A stretch of DNA of 64,000 nt, from assembly GCA_963664815.2 (NCBI GenBank), contig CAXXHB010000003.1, positions 4,192,001 through 4,256,000 on the forward strand. The letters are read 5' to 3'. Shown in pieces: positions 42,005 through 51,809 of the stretch. Both the position numbers and the translations under genes were made by a program. Every line of letters starts with the position of its first letter. The first letter of the stretch is position 1. The notes under the pieces are model-generated. The model was not told where the DNA came from and did not search any database. It worked only from the letters and a program-made list of their open reading frames with translations. The DNA comes from Spirochaetota bacterium. Lineage in GTDB: Bacteria; Spirochaetota; UBA4802; UBA5550.

Positions 42005-43087
42005 ATGACTAGAGTATATAATTTTTCCGCCGGACCAGCCGTTCTCCCTGAGAGTGTTTTAAAAAAAGCCGCTGGAGAAATGCTTGAATACCGCAATTCA
42101 GGGATGTCAGTTATGGAGATGAGCCATAGATCATCTGTCTATGTGGATATAATTAATGAAGCCGAAGATCTTCTTACTAAACTGATGAATATACCTGAAG
42201 ATTACCAGGTGCTTTTTCTCCAGGGTGGCGCATCCCTCCAGTTTACCATGATACCGATGAATATAATGACATCAAATAAAACCTTCGACATTATACATAC
42301 CGGAGCATGGACAGAGAAAGCAATCAGGGAGGGGAGTAAGCTCGGAACGGTAAATATACTCGCATCTTCAGAAGACAGGACTTTTGCATATATACCATCT
42401 CTTGAAGGTCTTAAATATAATAGTGATGCAGATTATCTTCATATATGCTATAACAACACAATATACGGAACAAAATACAAAGCTCTTCCTGAACCGGGGC
42501 AAACTCCAATCGTTGCTGACATGTCGTCATGTATCCTTTCCGAAGAGTATGATGTAAGAAGGTATGGTGTCATCTTCGCCGGAGCACAAAAAAATATCGG
42601 ACCTGCCGGAGTAACCATTGTAATCATTAAAAAAGATTTAATGAAAAGAGCTGATGAAAATCTCCCCTCAATGCTTAATTTTAATGTTCACTCTGAAAAT
42701 AGATCACTATTCAACACTCCCCCTACATACGCAATATATATGTCAAAACTTGTTTTTGAGTGGCTGAGAGATCTTGGAGGAGTAAAGGAAATAGAAAAAA
42801 TAAACAAGTACAAAGCATCTCTTATCTATGACTTAATAGACAATTCAAAAATTTTTAAAGGAAATGTCGACAGTTCCTTCAGGTCTTTGATGAACGTAAC
42901 ATTTTCTACAGGCTCAAAAGATCTCGACTCTCTCTTTGTAAAAGAAGCGGAAAAGAGTTCACTGACAAATCTTGCAGGTCATAAAACCGCCGGGGGTATG
43001 AGAGCAAGCATCTATAATGCAATGCCGATCGAAGGTGTAAAAAGCCTTGTTGATTTTATGAAAAAGTTTGAAGTTGAACATTCATAG
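42005..43087 (+). CDS. serC: Phosphoserine aminotransferase
   Basis: YNFSAGPAVLP, MEMSHRS, FLQGGA, GAQKNIGPAG, NTPP, GGMRASIYNA; ATG at 42005 follows TAAGGA. Confidence 0.97.
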   Translation: MTRVYNFSAGPAVLPESVLKKAAGEMLEYRNSGMSVMEMSHRSSVYVDIINEAEDLLTKLMNIPEDYQVLFLQGGASLQFTMIPMNIMTSNKTFDIIHTGAWTEKAIREGSKLGTVNILASSEDRTFAYIPSLEGLKYNSDADYLHICYNNTIYGTKYKALPEPGQTPIVADMSSCILSEEYDVRRYGVIFAGAQKNIGPAGVTIVIIKKDLMKRADENLPSMLNFNVHSENRSLFNTPPTYAIYMSKLVFEWLRDLGGVKEIEKINKYKASLIYDLIDNSKIFKGNVDSSFRSLMNVTFSTGSKDLDSLFVKEAEKSSLTNLAGHKTAGGMRASIYNAMPIEGVKSLVDFMKKFEVEHS

Positions 43088-43604
43088 AATTCTTTATAAA
43101 TATTCTCTCTCTAAAATATAATCCGGTAAAAAAATCTGTAAACTCTTTATCAGTATGGAATAACCGGAAAGAATCTTCAAACACTTATTAACGTAGTTCA
43201 ATTGAATTACCTAATGCCATACATCAGGTCTCCTTTACACTCCAACACATATCTTCCCAAATTCAGAAAAAGAATGAATTTTTCCCTTTATTTATACCTT
43301 TAAGTATTCTGCAAAAAAGCTGGGTTTTTTCTGACAGATGAAAGTACTTGCTACTCCAATCATTTTGAAGCGAATACCGTCATTATTAAAAATAAACTTT
43401 GAGTTTACATATGATAACATTAACCCCTATGAAAAGCCTGCCACCTAACATATATCCTCTTTCATCAATAATGATATCCTTAAATGCTCCCGATTTTAGT
43501 ATTTGTTTTTTTTACAGATATGCCATTGCCCCACATGACAAAAGAATTATAATAAAATAAGAATTTAATTAGTCTTAAAATGCCCTAAAATTATTTTCTT
43601 TTAT

Positions 43605-43631
43605 TAAAAAGTTAAATCCATATGCCGACAA
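43605..43631 (+). promoter_or_regulatory. Putative sigma-28 (FliA) promoter
   Basis: TAAA-N15-GCCGACAA against consensus TAAA-N15-GCCGATAA, 62 nt upstream of the ATG at 43694. Confidence 0.6.
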
Positions 43632-43693
43632 TCTTATCATAGAGCCGGATAGTACCGGGTCATCTCAAATCTCTTATCTTTTACGGGTTTACT

Positions 43694-44275
43694 ATGCAAA
43701 ATATTGATTTTTATGACGGAAGGCATCTTCGCGATCTTCCCCCTCAATTTGATAAATTTGACGCTGAATATTTTTCAAGAACTGCCGGAAGTGTAGAACG
43801 TGATAACGAAAAACACCGTAAAAAAGCCACTAGAATAATTACTATGATCGGTGCATTAATAATAATTTCATTCACTATAGGTCTTGTAATAGGGATAAAA
43901 TTTGCCGGTGGTGCCGAGAGAAAGATTGTAGATGATCATACACTCAATGCAATGAACAACATTGGCGATAAAATGACTGAAATTGTGAAAGATGTAACAG
44001 GAAACGCAAAACCGGCAAATCAGTTATACCCAAAAGCAGACTATCCATTTGTTATACAACTTGGAAAGGAATACAGCGAAGCTGATCTCAAGCCGGTTGC
44101 ACAGTTTCTCAGCAATAAAGGGCATACTGTTATAGTATCAAAAAATAACCAGAATTTTAAAATCTTCACCGGTCCTTACAAATCAGAGGCCGATGCAAGA
44201 AAATCTCTCTCTGAAATTTCACTTTACAAGCAATATGCTATTTCGACTAATGCACAGATAATCAAACGCATTTAA
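43694..44275 (+). CDS. Bitopic SPOR-domain protein
   Basis: One TM helix; C-terminal FVIQLG...FKIFTGPYKSEADA. Confidence 0.75.
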   Translation: MQNIDFYDGRHLRDLPPQFDKFDAEYFSRTAGSVERDNEKHRKKATRIITMIGALIIISFTIGLVIGIKFAGGAERKIVDDHTLNAMNNIGDKMTEIVKDVTGNAKPANQLYPKADYPFVIQLGKEYSEADLKPVAQFLSNKGHTVIVSKNNQNFKIFTGPYKSEADARKSLSEISLYKQYAISTNAQIIKRI

Positions 44276-44288
44276 CCGGATAGAAAAC

Positions 44289-44747
44289 ATGGCTTACCTT
44301 ATCAGAACCGCCCTCCCGGGTGATATTGAATCGATTTACAGGCTTATTAGATTTTACTCTGATGAAGGAGTTATCCTTGAAAGAAGTACGGATGATATCA
44401 GAAAAAACATTAGCAATTTCATCGTCGCCGTTGATAATGATAAAATTATCGGTACAATAACACACTTTGCCTATGGTTCTAATCTAAAAGAGGTAAGATC
44501 TCTCGCGGTAGATAAAACCTTTCATGGAAAAGGGATCGGTAAGGCGCTGCTAGCAGAGCTTGTAAAACAGGTAAGACATGAAAACAAAAGCAGAATCTTC
44601 ACTCTCACTTACAGACCGGATTTTTTTGAAAAAAGCGGCTTCACCCGCGTTCCGAAAGATGACTTTCCGGAAAAGATATGGAAAGACTGTGTCAACTGCA
44701 AAGACGAGGAGAACTGCGGTGAAACTGCACTGGTTTACAAAAACTGA
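44289..44747 (+). CDS. GNAT N-acetyltransferase, short ArgA-like (N-acetylglutamate synthase)
   Basis: EVRSLAV, GKGIG, IFTLT...FF...GF, PEKIWKDC..C....C.E.A tail. Confidence 0.85.
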   Translation: MAYLIRTALPGDIESIYRLIRFYSDEGVILERSTDDIRKNISNFIVAVDNDKIIGTITHFAYGSNLKEVRSLAVDKTFHGKGIGKALLAELVKQVRHENKSRIFTLTYRPDFFEKSGFTRVPKDDFPEKIWKDCVNCKDEENCGETALVYKN

Positions 44748-44754
44748 AAGTCAT

Positions 44755-45708
44755 CTATCTTACTAGAATCAACGCTTCCACAGGTTTTCTTATCTCTTGA
44801 AATACTCTGTCCTTTATGCTGTTGCTACATAGGGTACGTACTATATGGATAAATTTTCCGTTAATAAAAACCCCCTCAATACCTGAAAACGGAACACCGT
44901 CGTTGTAAGTATAAAGATATATAATTCTGTCTTCTTTTTGCAGAACTTCTTCCCTTTTAAAATTATCCTTACCAAATTCATTTCTCCAGGATTCCTCTGC
45001 TTCTTTTATATTTTTAATATTACCCTTTAAAATTCTTGTTTCAATTCCGACAATACAGTCATAACCTGAATCTTTTTCACCATCATTATTTTCACTGTTA
45101 ACAATCTCAAAGTTTTCTTTATTGTCTTCATCCTTTTGACTCTTTTCATTTTCAATTTGATTATCAAGATTAAATCCGAATTTAAAACCATACCCTGCAT
45201 CATTTAGTTTCCATAATGCCCTGATTACTTTCGGCTTTTGTTTCAGAATAATTTTATACCGTAATTTTTCATTTACGAGATTATAACTCCCATCATTAAA
45301 ATTCAGAAGGATAGTACTTTCTCTGTCGAATCTTTCATACCTTGGACCATGTTTTTTTTGTAAATAATTTATCCATTTTGATGCTTCTTTGGCATTATTC
45401 CTAACCCTAAGATTATTCATTGGAAGAGTTTTAAGTGATTTAAGATAAAAAAGTCCTTCAGCATATTTTCCCGACTTAATTATCTCAATCCCTTTGTGAA
45501 GATAATAATCAGTTCCATTAATTGAGGCGGGAGTAAAATCAAAAAATTTTTCATCGGTTATTCTGATTTTCAAAGCCCTGTCATAATAATATACGTTACC
45601 CTCCCTGTCCCTGAAAAACTTCCAGTCTGCCATCTGGGCAAAAAGATATATTGATGAAAATAAAAGAAGAATAAAAAGAGAAAAAATTACAAAATATCTG
45701 CGTTTCAT
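44755..45708 (-). CDS. Hypothetical exported protein
   Basis: Signal peptide ending LFA-Q; WKFFRDREGNVYY; one TPR-like helix pair. Confidence 0.75.
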   Translation of the reverse strand: MKRRYFVIFSLFILLLFSSIYLFAQMADWKFFRDREGNVYYYDRALKIRITDEKFFDFTPASINGTDYYLHKGIEIIKSGKYAEGLFYLKSLKTLPMNNLRVRNNAKEASKWINYLQKKHGPRYERFDRESTILLNFNDGSYNLVNEKLRYKIILKQKPKVIRALWKLNDAGYGFKFGFNLDNQIENEKSQKDEDNKENFEIVNSENNDGEKDSGYDCIVGIETRILKGNIKNIKEAEESWRNEFGKDNFKREEVLQKEDRIIYLYTYNDGVPFSGIEGVFINGKFIHIVRTLCSNSIKDRVFQEIRKPVEALILVR

Positions 45709-45725
45709 TAATTATTCACATATTA

Positions 45726-46802
45726 TTACATCATTGAAAAAATTACTACAAGCGCAATTATCAGTGATATAAAAAGAACATATAATCCCCAATTAAAAAA
45801 CTTATTGCTTGATGCATTTTCAGCTTCAAGTTCATTTTTTTGAGAAACTGCCGAGAGTTCTGTCTGTATCTTCATATTCTCTTCTTCAATTATTTTTGCA
45901 TATATACCCTTTGCAACAAGAACATACAATATGAAACCCTTAGCGGTTTCATTAGGGATCTTTTCGACAATTCTACCTACTACAGGAAGGGGATTTCCTT
46001 CACTGTTTCTTGCTTTATAGGCATCTATAATCCGTTGTGATACAGAATCCTTGGCAGGAAGAACAACGTATATTCTTTCACCGGGAACAGTCTCTGTTAT
46101 CAGCTTCCCTCTAACCGGCGAAAGCACACAGCATCCCTCAACAATAAACTGAGCTTTTGATTCAATCTCAGCCAGCTTTTTTTCGAATGCGCTGTCAGGC
46201 ACAGGTTTTGTTTCTGAAACAGCAGATTCTGCTGACTCATCCTGCTGTTCACCTTCAGCCTCTGGAACCATCAAAGGAATATTCATTAAGACCAGTTCCA
46301 GCGAACTGGTCTTTTCTAGATCAAGTTGACACTTTACACTGGAAGAACTGAAACTCGCTTTTAACATATCCGGAATACATGATGACAGGTAATCAAGATT
46401 CTCTTTCTGAACATCGGGGAAAACATCGGTTTTGATAAATGATTCCAGCAGGTCTGAATTAAATTTTCCTGAATCAATAATATCACTCCCTTTTTCATAT
46501 GCAAGCATGTTTTTATAATGAGATTTCCAATCATCAAAAATCCTTATCCTGGGGAAAATGCCGTTGTTGGACACTACCACGCTTTTTATAGCCGCAATGT
46601 ATTCATATATAATATTAAAATAGGCCAGAAAAAAACCTGAAATATCCTGATCGGCAATAATAAACTTCCCCTTGATTATCGTAACATCAGTCATATTACC
46701 TGATGCCATCAGTTTAGCTTTTTCCATATCACCATTTGTAAATTTCAAAGCTATCTCAATTCGTTTAGCTTTTTCGCCTATATTAACCTGTTCATTAGCC
46801 AT
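45726..46802 (-). CDS. Hypothetical tail-anchored protein with UBA-like N-terminus (possibly DUF4899-related)
   Basis: ALKFTNGDMEKAK; VLSPVRGK...PGERIYV domain; single C-terminal TM helix. Confidence 0.7.
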   Translation of the reverse strand: MANEQVNIGEKAKRIEIALKFTNGDMEKAKLMASGNMTDVTIIKGKFIIADQDISGFFLAYFNIIYEYIAAIKSVVVSNNGIFPRIRIFDDWKSHYKNMLAYEKGSDIIDSGKFNSDLLESFIKTDVFPDVQKENLDYLSSCIPDMLKASFSSSSVKCQLDLEKTSSLELVLMNIPLMVPEAEGEQQDESAESAVSETKPVPDSAFEKKLAEIESKAQFIVEGCCVLSPVRGKLITETVPGERIYVVLPAKDSVSQRIIDAYKARNSEGNPLPVVGRIVEKIPNETAKGFILYVLVAKGIYAKIIEEENMKIQTELSAVSQKNELEAENASSNKFFNWGLYVLFISLIIALVVIFSMM

Positions 46803-47274
46803 TTATTTTTTCCTGTTCTTCCGAAATACACTTTTCAAGAATTTCATATTTTTTTTGAGGAGAAAGATTTAACAGTTTTTTTACTCCACTTAAGATTCTA
46901 TTCAAATGACGGGTTGAAGCTTTAATTAAATAAAATCCCTTATCATCAAGACTGTTTTCGACTTCAAGTTTATCTGACGAAAGATTGATTCCTGCTGAAA
47001 CGCCAGCTGTTTTTATAAGATGCTCCGGCAAAATGTATTTTATAAACATTTTTCCTGTATCTATTTCAAGTCTCTTCATACTTCGGTATTCAGTCTTAAT
47101 TTCCGAGGGAAGGTTTGCCCAGAATTTCGGATTGCCGGTCAATATAACGACAACTGCTGATTCAGCTTCATTAATAAAAACCCTTATGTAGGTGTTATAA
47201 TGCTTATATGAAAGAAGAAGGCCGAAAAGGCTGTCGTCTCTCTGAATATGTTCATTACTGATTTTTCTGGCCAT
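46795..47274 (-). CDS. Hypothetical protein
   Basis: 159-aa ORF tightly coupled to both neighbours (6-nt gap, 8-nt overlap). Confidence 0.75.
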   Translation of the reverse strand: MARKISNEHIQRDDSLFGLLLSYKHYNTYIRVFINEAESAVVVILTGNPKFWANLPSEIKTEYRSMKRLEIDTGKMFIKYILPEHLIKTAGVSAGINLSSDKLEVENSLDDKGFYLIKASTRHLNRILSGVKKLLNLSPQKKYEILEKCISEEQEKING

Positions 47275-47280
47275 ATAAAC

Positions 47281-47823
47281 CTAAACCGGGGAAAACTTCC
47301 CGTTATTCTTTCTTATTACTCTTAAAGCGGAAAGTTCTTCAAGAAGATTTTTTAAAATACTGAAATCAATACCGGAAAATCTTGAAATATCATCAATATT
47401 TGCATTAATATTTATTCTCAGATAATCCAGAATATCACTCTCCTGCTCAACCAGAGGGCCTATAAAAAACCTGTTGTTTCTGCCCATTTCGTCTCTGACG
47501 ACTGCTATTCTTTTCTCTTTATAAATAGAATATGAATTAAACACAGAGTCAATATTAATTTCTGACATGGTGGATATATTCCTCAGTTTCAGATAAAAAT
47601 CTTTTCCCCTTGAATCAAGTATTAACTTAACTATGTATTCATCTACAAATGAGGAATCAATGACCTTAACACCATTAAAATCAAGTATAACTGTTTCTCC
47701 TATCCCAATTTCCAACAGTTTGTCCAGAGTAGCAGTATACATGATTCTCCCCACCGGCCTTGTAATCAGATCCGGAAGTTTGACTTTCAGCTCTTTTGCA
47801 ATTTTCGATACATCGATTATCAT
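47281..47823 (-). CDS. STAS-like (DUF4325-type) domain + winged-helix protein
   Basis: LITRPVG, VILDFNGVKVIDSSFVDE; C-terminal ILDYL..ANIDDISRFSGI...LEELSALRVI. ATG at 47823 preferred over 47916. Confidence 0.75.
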   Translation of the reverse strand: MIIDVSKIAKELKVKLPDLITRPVGRIMYTATLDKLLEIGIGETVILDFNGVKVIDSSFVDEYIVKLILDSRGKDFYLKLRNISTMSEINIDSVFNSYSIYKEKRIAVVRDEMGRNNRFFIGPLVEQESDILDYLRININANIDDISRFSGIDFSILKNLLEELSALRVIRKNNGKFSPV

Positions 47824-47945
47824 TCTATTTCTCTCTATCCTGGATAACAAATTCTCTTTAATTAAAAACCAGATTAAACTACATTCCCGACATAATAGAA
47901 CATGGCAAAAAAACATTCGCAGCCAATTTTAGATTAAAACAATTT

Positions 47946-48836
47946 CTATGCTGACAACGAAATAGATACCTGAGTCCCGTTAAACTGAATCAGCCCGTTC
48001 CTGTGAAAAATATATTTTGAACCTTTATCTTTTCTGTCATAAAAAGCCGATAGAGACGACTCGCCAGACCTTATAAAAATTACACCTTTAAGCTTCTCAA
48101 CGATTGAATTTACCTGGCAGAGACCGTAACCGAATTCTCGTTTACTTGATATAGGCATAGTTAATGCCATTTCAATAAGCTCAGCTCCTCCTGCATACTC
48201 GAGGTCGTTTCTGCCATTAAAACTTTCCAGTATACCAATACCGGAATCTGAGATCACAAGCCTTGCAACATTTTCACTTCCGGTACGATACGTCTGCATG
48301 GCCATGTACCCCGAATCGAGGCTATGCTCAAAAATATTCTGACATAACTCCGATATCACTGTAACAAAATAATCTGTAACTGACTCATTCATCCAATATT
48401 TAAGAATTACAGATGCCCTCTTCCTAAAAAGGGCAATCACGGAGGATATTACATTGACACTCTGTCTTTCCTTGTTTGGAATCATGGTAATCTCAAGGAG
48501 TCTGCTGCTTGAAGCGTTTCTTTTAAACATCATGTTATCTTTAAGAACCTCCGGCATTGTAAAAATACCGCATTCAAAAAAATCCATCCTAGAAAGGTAC
48601 TGCTGTATATGAATCGGTACATTAACCAGTTTCAGTTTATCACCGCTGCTTCTTAAATAATTCCGCCCCATAATAAGAAAAGATATCATTGAATACGGTT
48701 CCATGAAAGCCACACGGGATAAATCAATTGTAGTCTTGCCTGAAAAAATATCACCCTGCATGGAGAGAATATTTTCATAAATATAGGGATCACGGAATTT
48801 ATCCGGTAATATTATACTATTTCCTGAAATACTCAT
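47946..48836 (-). CDS. STAS-like + HATPase_c (GHKL) protein, anti-sigma-kinase-like
   Basis: IDLSRVAFMEP and YLSRMDFF (STAS-like); SELCQNIFEHS N-box, DSGIGI G1, GYGL G2; no HisKA H-box. Confidence 0.85.
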   Translation of the reverse strand: MSISGNSIILPDKFRDPYIYENILSMQGDIFSGKTTIDLSRVAFMEPYSMISFLIMGRNYLRSSGDKLKLVNVPIHIQQYLSRMDFFECGIFTMPEVLKDNMMFKRNASSSRLLEITMIPNKERQSVNVISSVIALFRKRASVILKYWMNESVTDYFVTVISELCQNIFEHSLDSGYMAMQTYRTGSENVARLVISDSGIGILESFNGRNDLEYAGGAELIEMALTMPISSKREFGYGLCQVNSIVEKLKGVIFIRSGESSLSAFYDRKDKGSKYIFHRNGLIQFNGTQVSISLSA

Positions 48837-49269
48837 AATTTATCCAATGACAATCTATCATTATATGCATCGGCTTACGAGAAATAAAATGTTATTAATA
48901 TTTACCGGATAGAATTAAAAATGGCGGTGTCACATCTAGAAGTTGACAGAAAAAATTCAAAGCTTCGATTAAAATTGAACTGTTCAACTCCTCACCGGCT
49001 ATCACTGATTTCCTCTCTTGCTTTTTTTTATCATGGAATTAGTGTAATAAAATTTTCAGTTTAATTTAAAACACTTTTGGAAGTTAAAAATCCATCTCCT
49101 TTTTAAAAAAGAGCGGAATTGATTGGACTAGTTTATAATAAAGCAGGCTGTTTATTAAATTCATTAACATTAATGTAACTTATGATTATGATTTAAAAAA
49201 AATGTTGATAGAGATGGCATTGAAGTAATATTTGACTATATTGAATGGAGTATAATACGAGGTGAATTT

Positions 49270-50682
49270 ATGACAGAAAAGAAAGAGAAATCAAATCCTA
49301 ATAAAAAGATAGAAGAAAAACTGTTCTATAAAAAAGAGAGCGCATGGACTGATTTTAAGGAATCAGAACATAAAAAAATATTTGATTTTGCCAACAATTT
49401 TAAAACTTTTCTTACTGAATCAAAAACAGAGAGATTATGCATAGAAAAAATAAAAAATATCCTTGAAAAAGCGGGATTTAAAAATGTTGAAAATATTAAA
49501 TCAGTTAAAAAAGGTGATAAAGGATATAGAATCTATAAAGGAAAAACCCTGACTGCATTTGTTGCAGGAGAAAAACCCGATGAGTTCAGGCTGATTGGTT
49601 CACATGTGGACTCACCGCGTCTTGATTTAAAACCTTTCCCTCTTTATCAAAGCTCCGAACTTGCACTTTTGAAATCGCATTATTATGGTGGTATAAAAAA
49701 ATTTCACTGGGTGAATACCCCTCTTGAACTACACGGTATTGCATTTACAAAATCGGGTAAAAGTATAGAGATAAACATAGGAGATAAGGATGAACAGCCA
49801 AAATTCATTATACCTGATCTTCTCCCGCACCTGGCAAAAGAACAGATGAAAAAAGAGGGATCAAAAATCATTGAAGGTGAAGAACTTAATATTATCTGCG
49901 GACATATTCCTTTAAAAGACAAGGATATTAAAGATAAAGTGAAATTTACCATACTAAAATATCTCAACGACACTTACGGATTAATTGAAGAAGACTTTGC
50001 CTTTGCTGAACTGGAATTTGTCCCGGCACAAAAAAGCATAGATATAGGTTTTGACAAGGGACTGCTGGGTGGGTATGGCCAGGATGACAGGGTTTGTGTC
50101 TACTCTTCACTAATGGCATTACTTGAAACAAAAGCTCCCGTACATACAGCTGTTGCCTATTTTGCAGACAAGGAGGAAACAGGTTCATACGGCGATACAG
50201 GTGCTGAAAGTTTTTCTCTTGTTAATTTTACATTTGAATATATCAAACTTGCAGGACTTAATATGCTCCCGTGGAAAATCCTCGAATGCTCAAAAGCAAT
50301 TTCAGCCGATGTAACTACAGCAATGGATCCGACTTTTTCATCTGTTAATGACCCGCAGAATGTTTCTTATCTAGGAAAAGGAGTATCTATAGAAAAATAT
50401 GGTGGCGGCGGCGGAAAATATAATACCAATGATGCACATGCCGAGTATATGCAGTACATCAGAAATCTCGCTGATAAAAACTTCATACCATGGCAGAGTG
50501 GTGAAATGGGAAAAATAGATATAGGGGGAGGGGGGACTATTGCAATGTTCATGTCAAGGTTTGGTATGGATTGTGTTGATGCCGGACCTTCAGTTCTGGG
50601 AATGCACTCGGTATGTGAAGTGACATCAAAGGCAGATATATACTCAGCTCATCTTCTCTATAAAGCGTTTTTCTCAGAGTAA
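49270..50682 (+). CDS. M18 family aminopeptidase (aminopeptidase 1 type)
   Basis: KTER, GSHVDSPRLDLKP, HYYGGIKK, GQDDRVC, DKEETGS, GGGTIA, GMHS. Confidence 0.95.
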   Translation: MTEKKEKSNPNKKIEEKLFYKKESAWTDFKESEHKKIFDFANNFKTFLTESKTERLCIEKIKNILEKAGFKNVENIKSVKKGDKGYRIYKGKTLTAFVAGEKPDEFRLIGSHVDSPRLDLKPFPLYQSSELALLKSHYYGGIKKFHWVNTPLELHGIAFTKSGKSIEINIGDKDEQPKFIIPDLLPHLAKEQMKKEGSKIIEGEELNIICGHIPLKDKDIKDKVKFTILKYLNDTYGLIEEDFAFAELEFVPAQKSIDIGFDKGLLGGYGQDDRVCVYSSLMALLETKAPVHTAVAYFADKEETGSYGDTGAESFSLVNFTFEYIKLAGLNMLPWKILECSKAISADVTTAMDPTFSSVNDPQNVSYLGKGVSIEKYGGGGGKYNTNDAHAEYMQYIRNLADKNFIPWQSGEMGKIDIGGGGTIAMFMSRFGMDCVDAGPSVLGMHSVCEVTSKADIYSAHLLYKAFFSE

Positions 50683-50711
50683 CAATATCAGATAAAAACC
50701 GGTTTATAAAT

Positions 50712-51809
50712 ATGTCCGTCAATAAACAACTTCCTTTCAGGATATCCCTTTTTGCTGTCATGACAGCAGCGTTTGTTTTCGGATACCTAGATCAATACCT
50801 TCATATGAATTTTGAACGACTTCATATTTTTCTCTTTAACCTTACAAGCGGGGGGTTTACTATTCTCTACTTTACAGAAAAAAAAGTGATTCCCTCCTTT
50901 AAAACAATTCTTTTTTTTATTATCAGTATCATATATGCATCTCTTGCTTTCCTGAAATTCTATATCCCTGCAGCAGCAGCAGCAGTTCTACTGGCACTTA
51001 TTGTTGAATCGTTCAGAATAAAAAAATTTACATTTTTCCCTTCAATTTTTTTTAAGCGAGAGTTTCCATCATCGGAAAAGTTTCATCACGCCTCTCTTTT
51101 ATGTCTCGTAATTGCCCTTCTTCTTTCATCATTTGTTATACTCAATGATACTTGTTTTCATCTCTTTCATTTTGAAAAATTGACTCTTGATGTTTTCTTT
51201 CTCGGATTTTCATTTCCGGTATCTCTTATTACAATGTCAATTATATTCGGAATCATCGAAGATAAAGAAAGAAAAAATATACTGACAACTGAGCATCTTC
51301 TATTCTGGTTTATTAACGCAGGAGTAATAATATTTTTTATTTTCATAATCATGAAATCATTTCATGGAGAAATCTTTATTTCATTTTTTCTTTTTATAAC
51401 TGTTCTTTTTATTTTTGCCGTCTTCTTTAAATTCGGGAAGATGATGCAACAGAAATACTTTCTGGTTTCAGGGATTTATTTCCTCATGGCAACAGCTGTT
51501 ACCGGTATACTTTATGTGATTATTAAACAAATGGCTTATGATGAACTCTTCGGAAAAATAATTTTAAGAATGCACGCATTTTACTCCCTCTACGGATGGA
51601 ATCTGACCGGCATAATGGTGATTATTCGCTGGGATGACTTTCCTATAGCTCTTAAAACAAAAAAAGCTATTTTTTTTCACTGGGGTGTCATACTTTTACT
51701 TGCTCCATTTGCAAAATTTTATCCGGTACTGATACTGCCATCAATCGTAGCATATATTGCATTTATTGCTGTTTTCTTTTTTTCCGGAACGGAATCAGAA
51801 GTTCAATGA
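50712..51809 (+). CDS. Hypothetical polytopic membrane protein
   Basis: About 12 hydrophobic helices; starts 29 nt after the aminopeptidase stop. Confidence 0.75.
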   Translation: MSVNKQLPFRISLFAVMTAAFVFGYLDQYLHMNFERLHIFLFNLTSGGFTILYFTEKKVIPSFKTILFFIISIIYASLAFLKFYIPAAAAAVLLALIVESFRIKKFTFFPSIFFKREFPSSEKFHHASLLCLVIALLLSSFVILNDTCFHLFHFEKLTLDVFFLGFSFPVSLITMSIIFGIIEDKERKNILTTEHLLFWFINAGVIIFFIFIIMKSFHGEIFISFFLFITVLFIFAVFFKFGKMMQQKYFLVSGIYFLMATAVTGILYVIIKQMAYDELFGKIILRMHAFYSLYGWNLTGIMVIIRWDDFPIALKTKKAIFFHWGVILLLAPFAKFYPVLILPSIVAYIAFIAVFFFSGTESEVQ

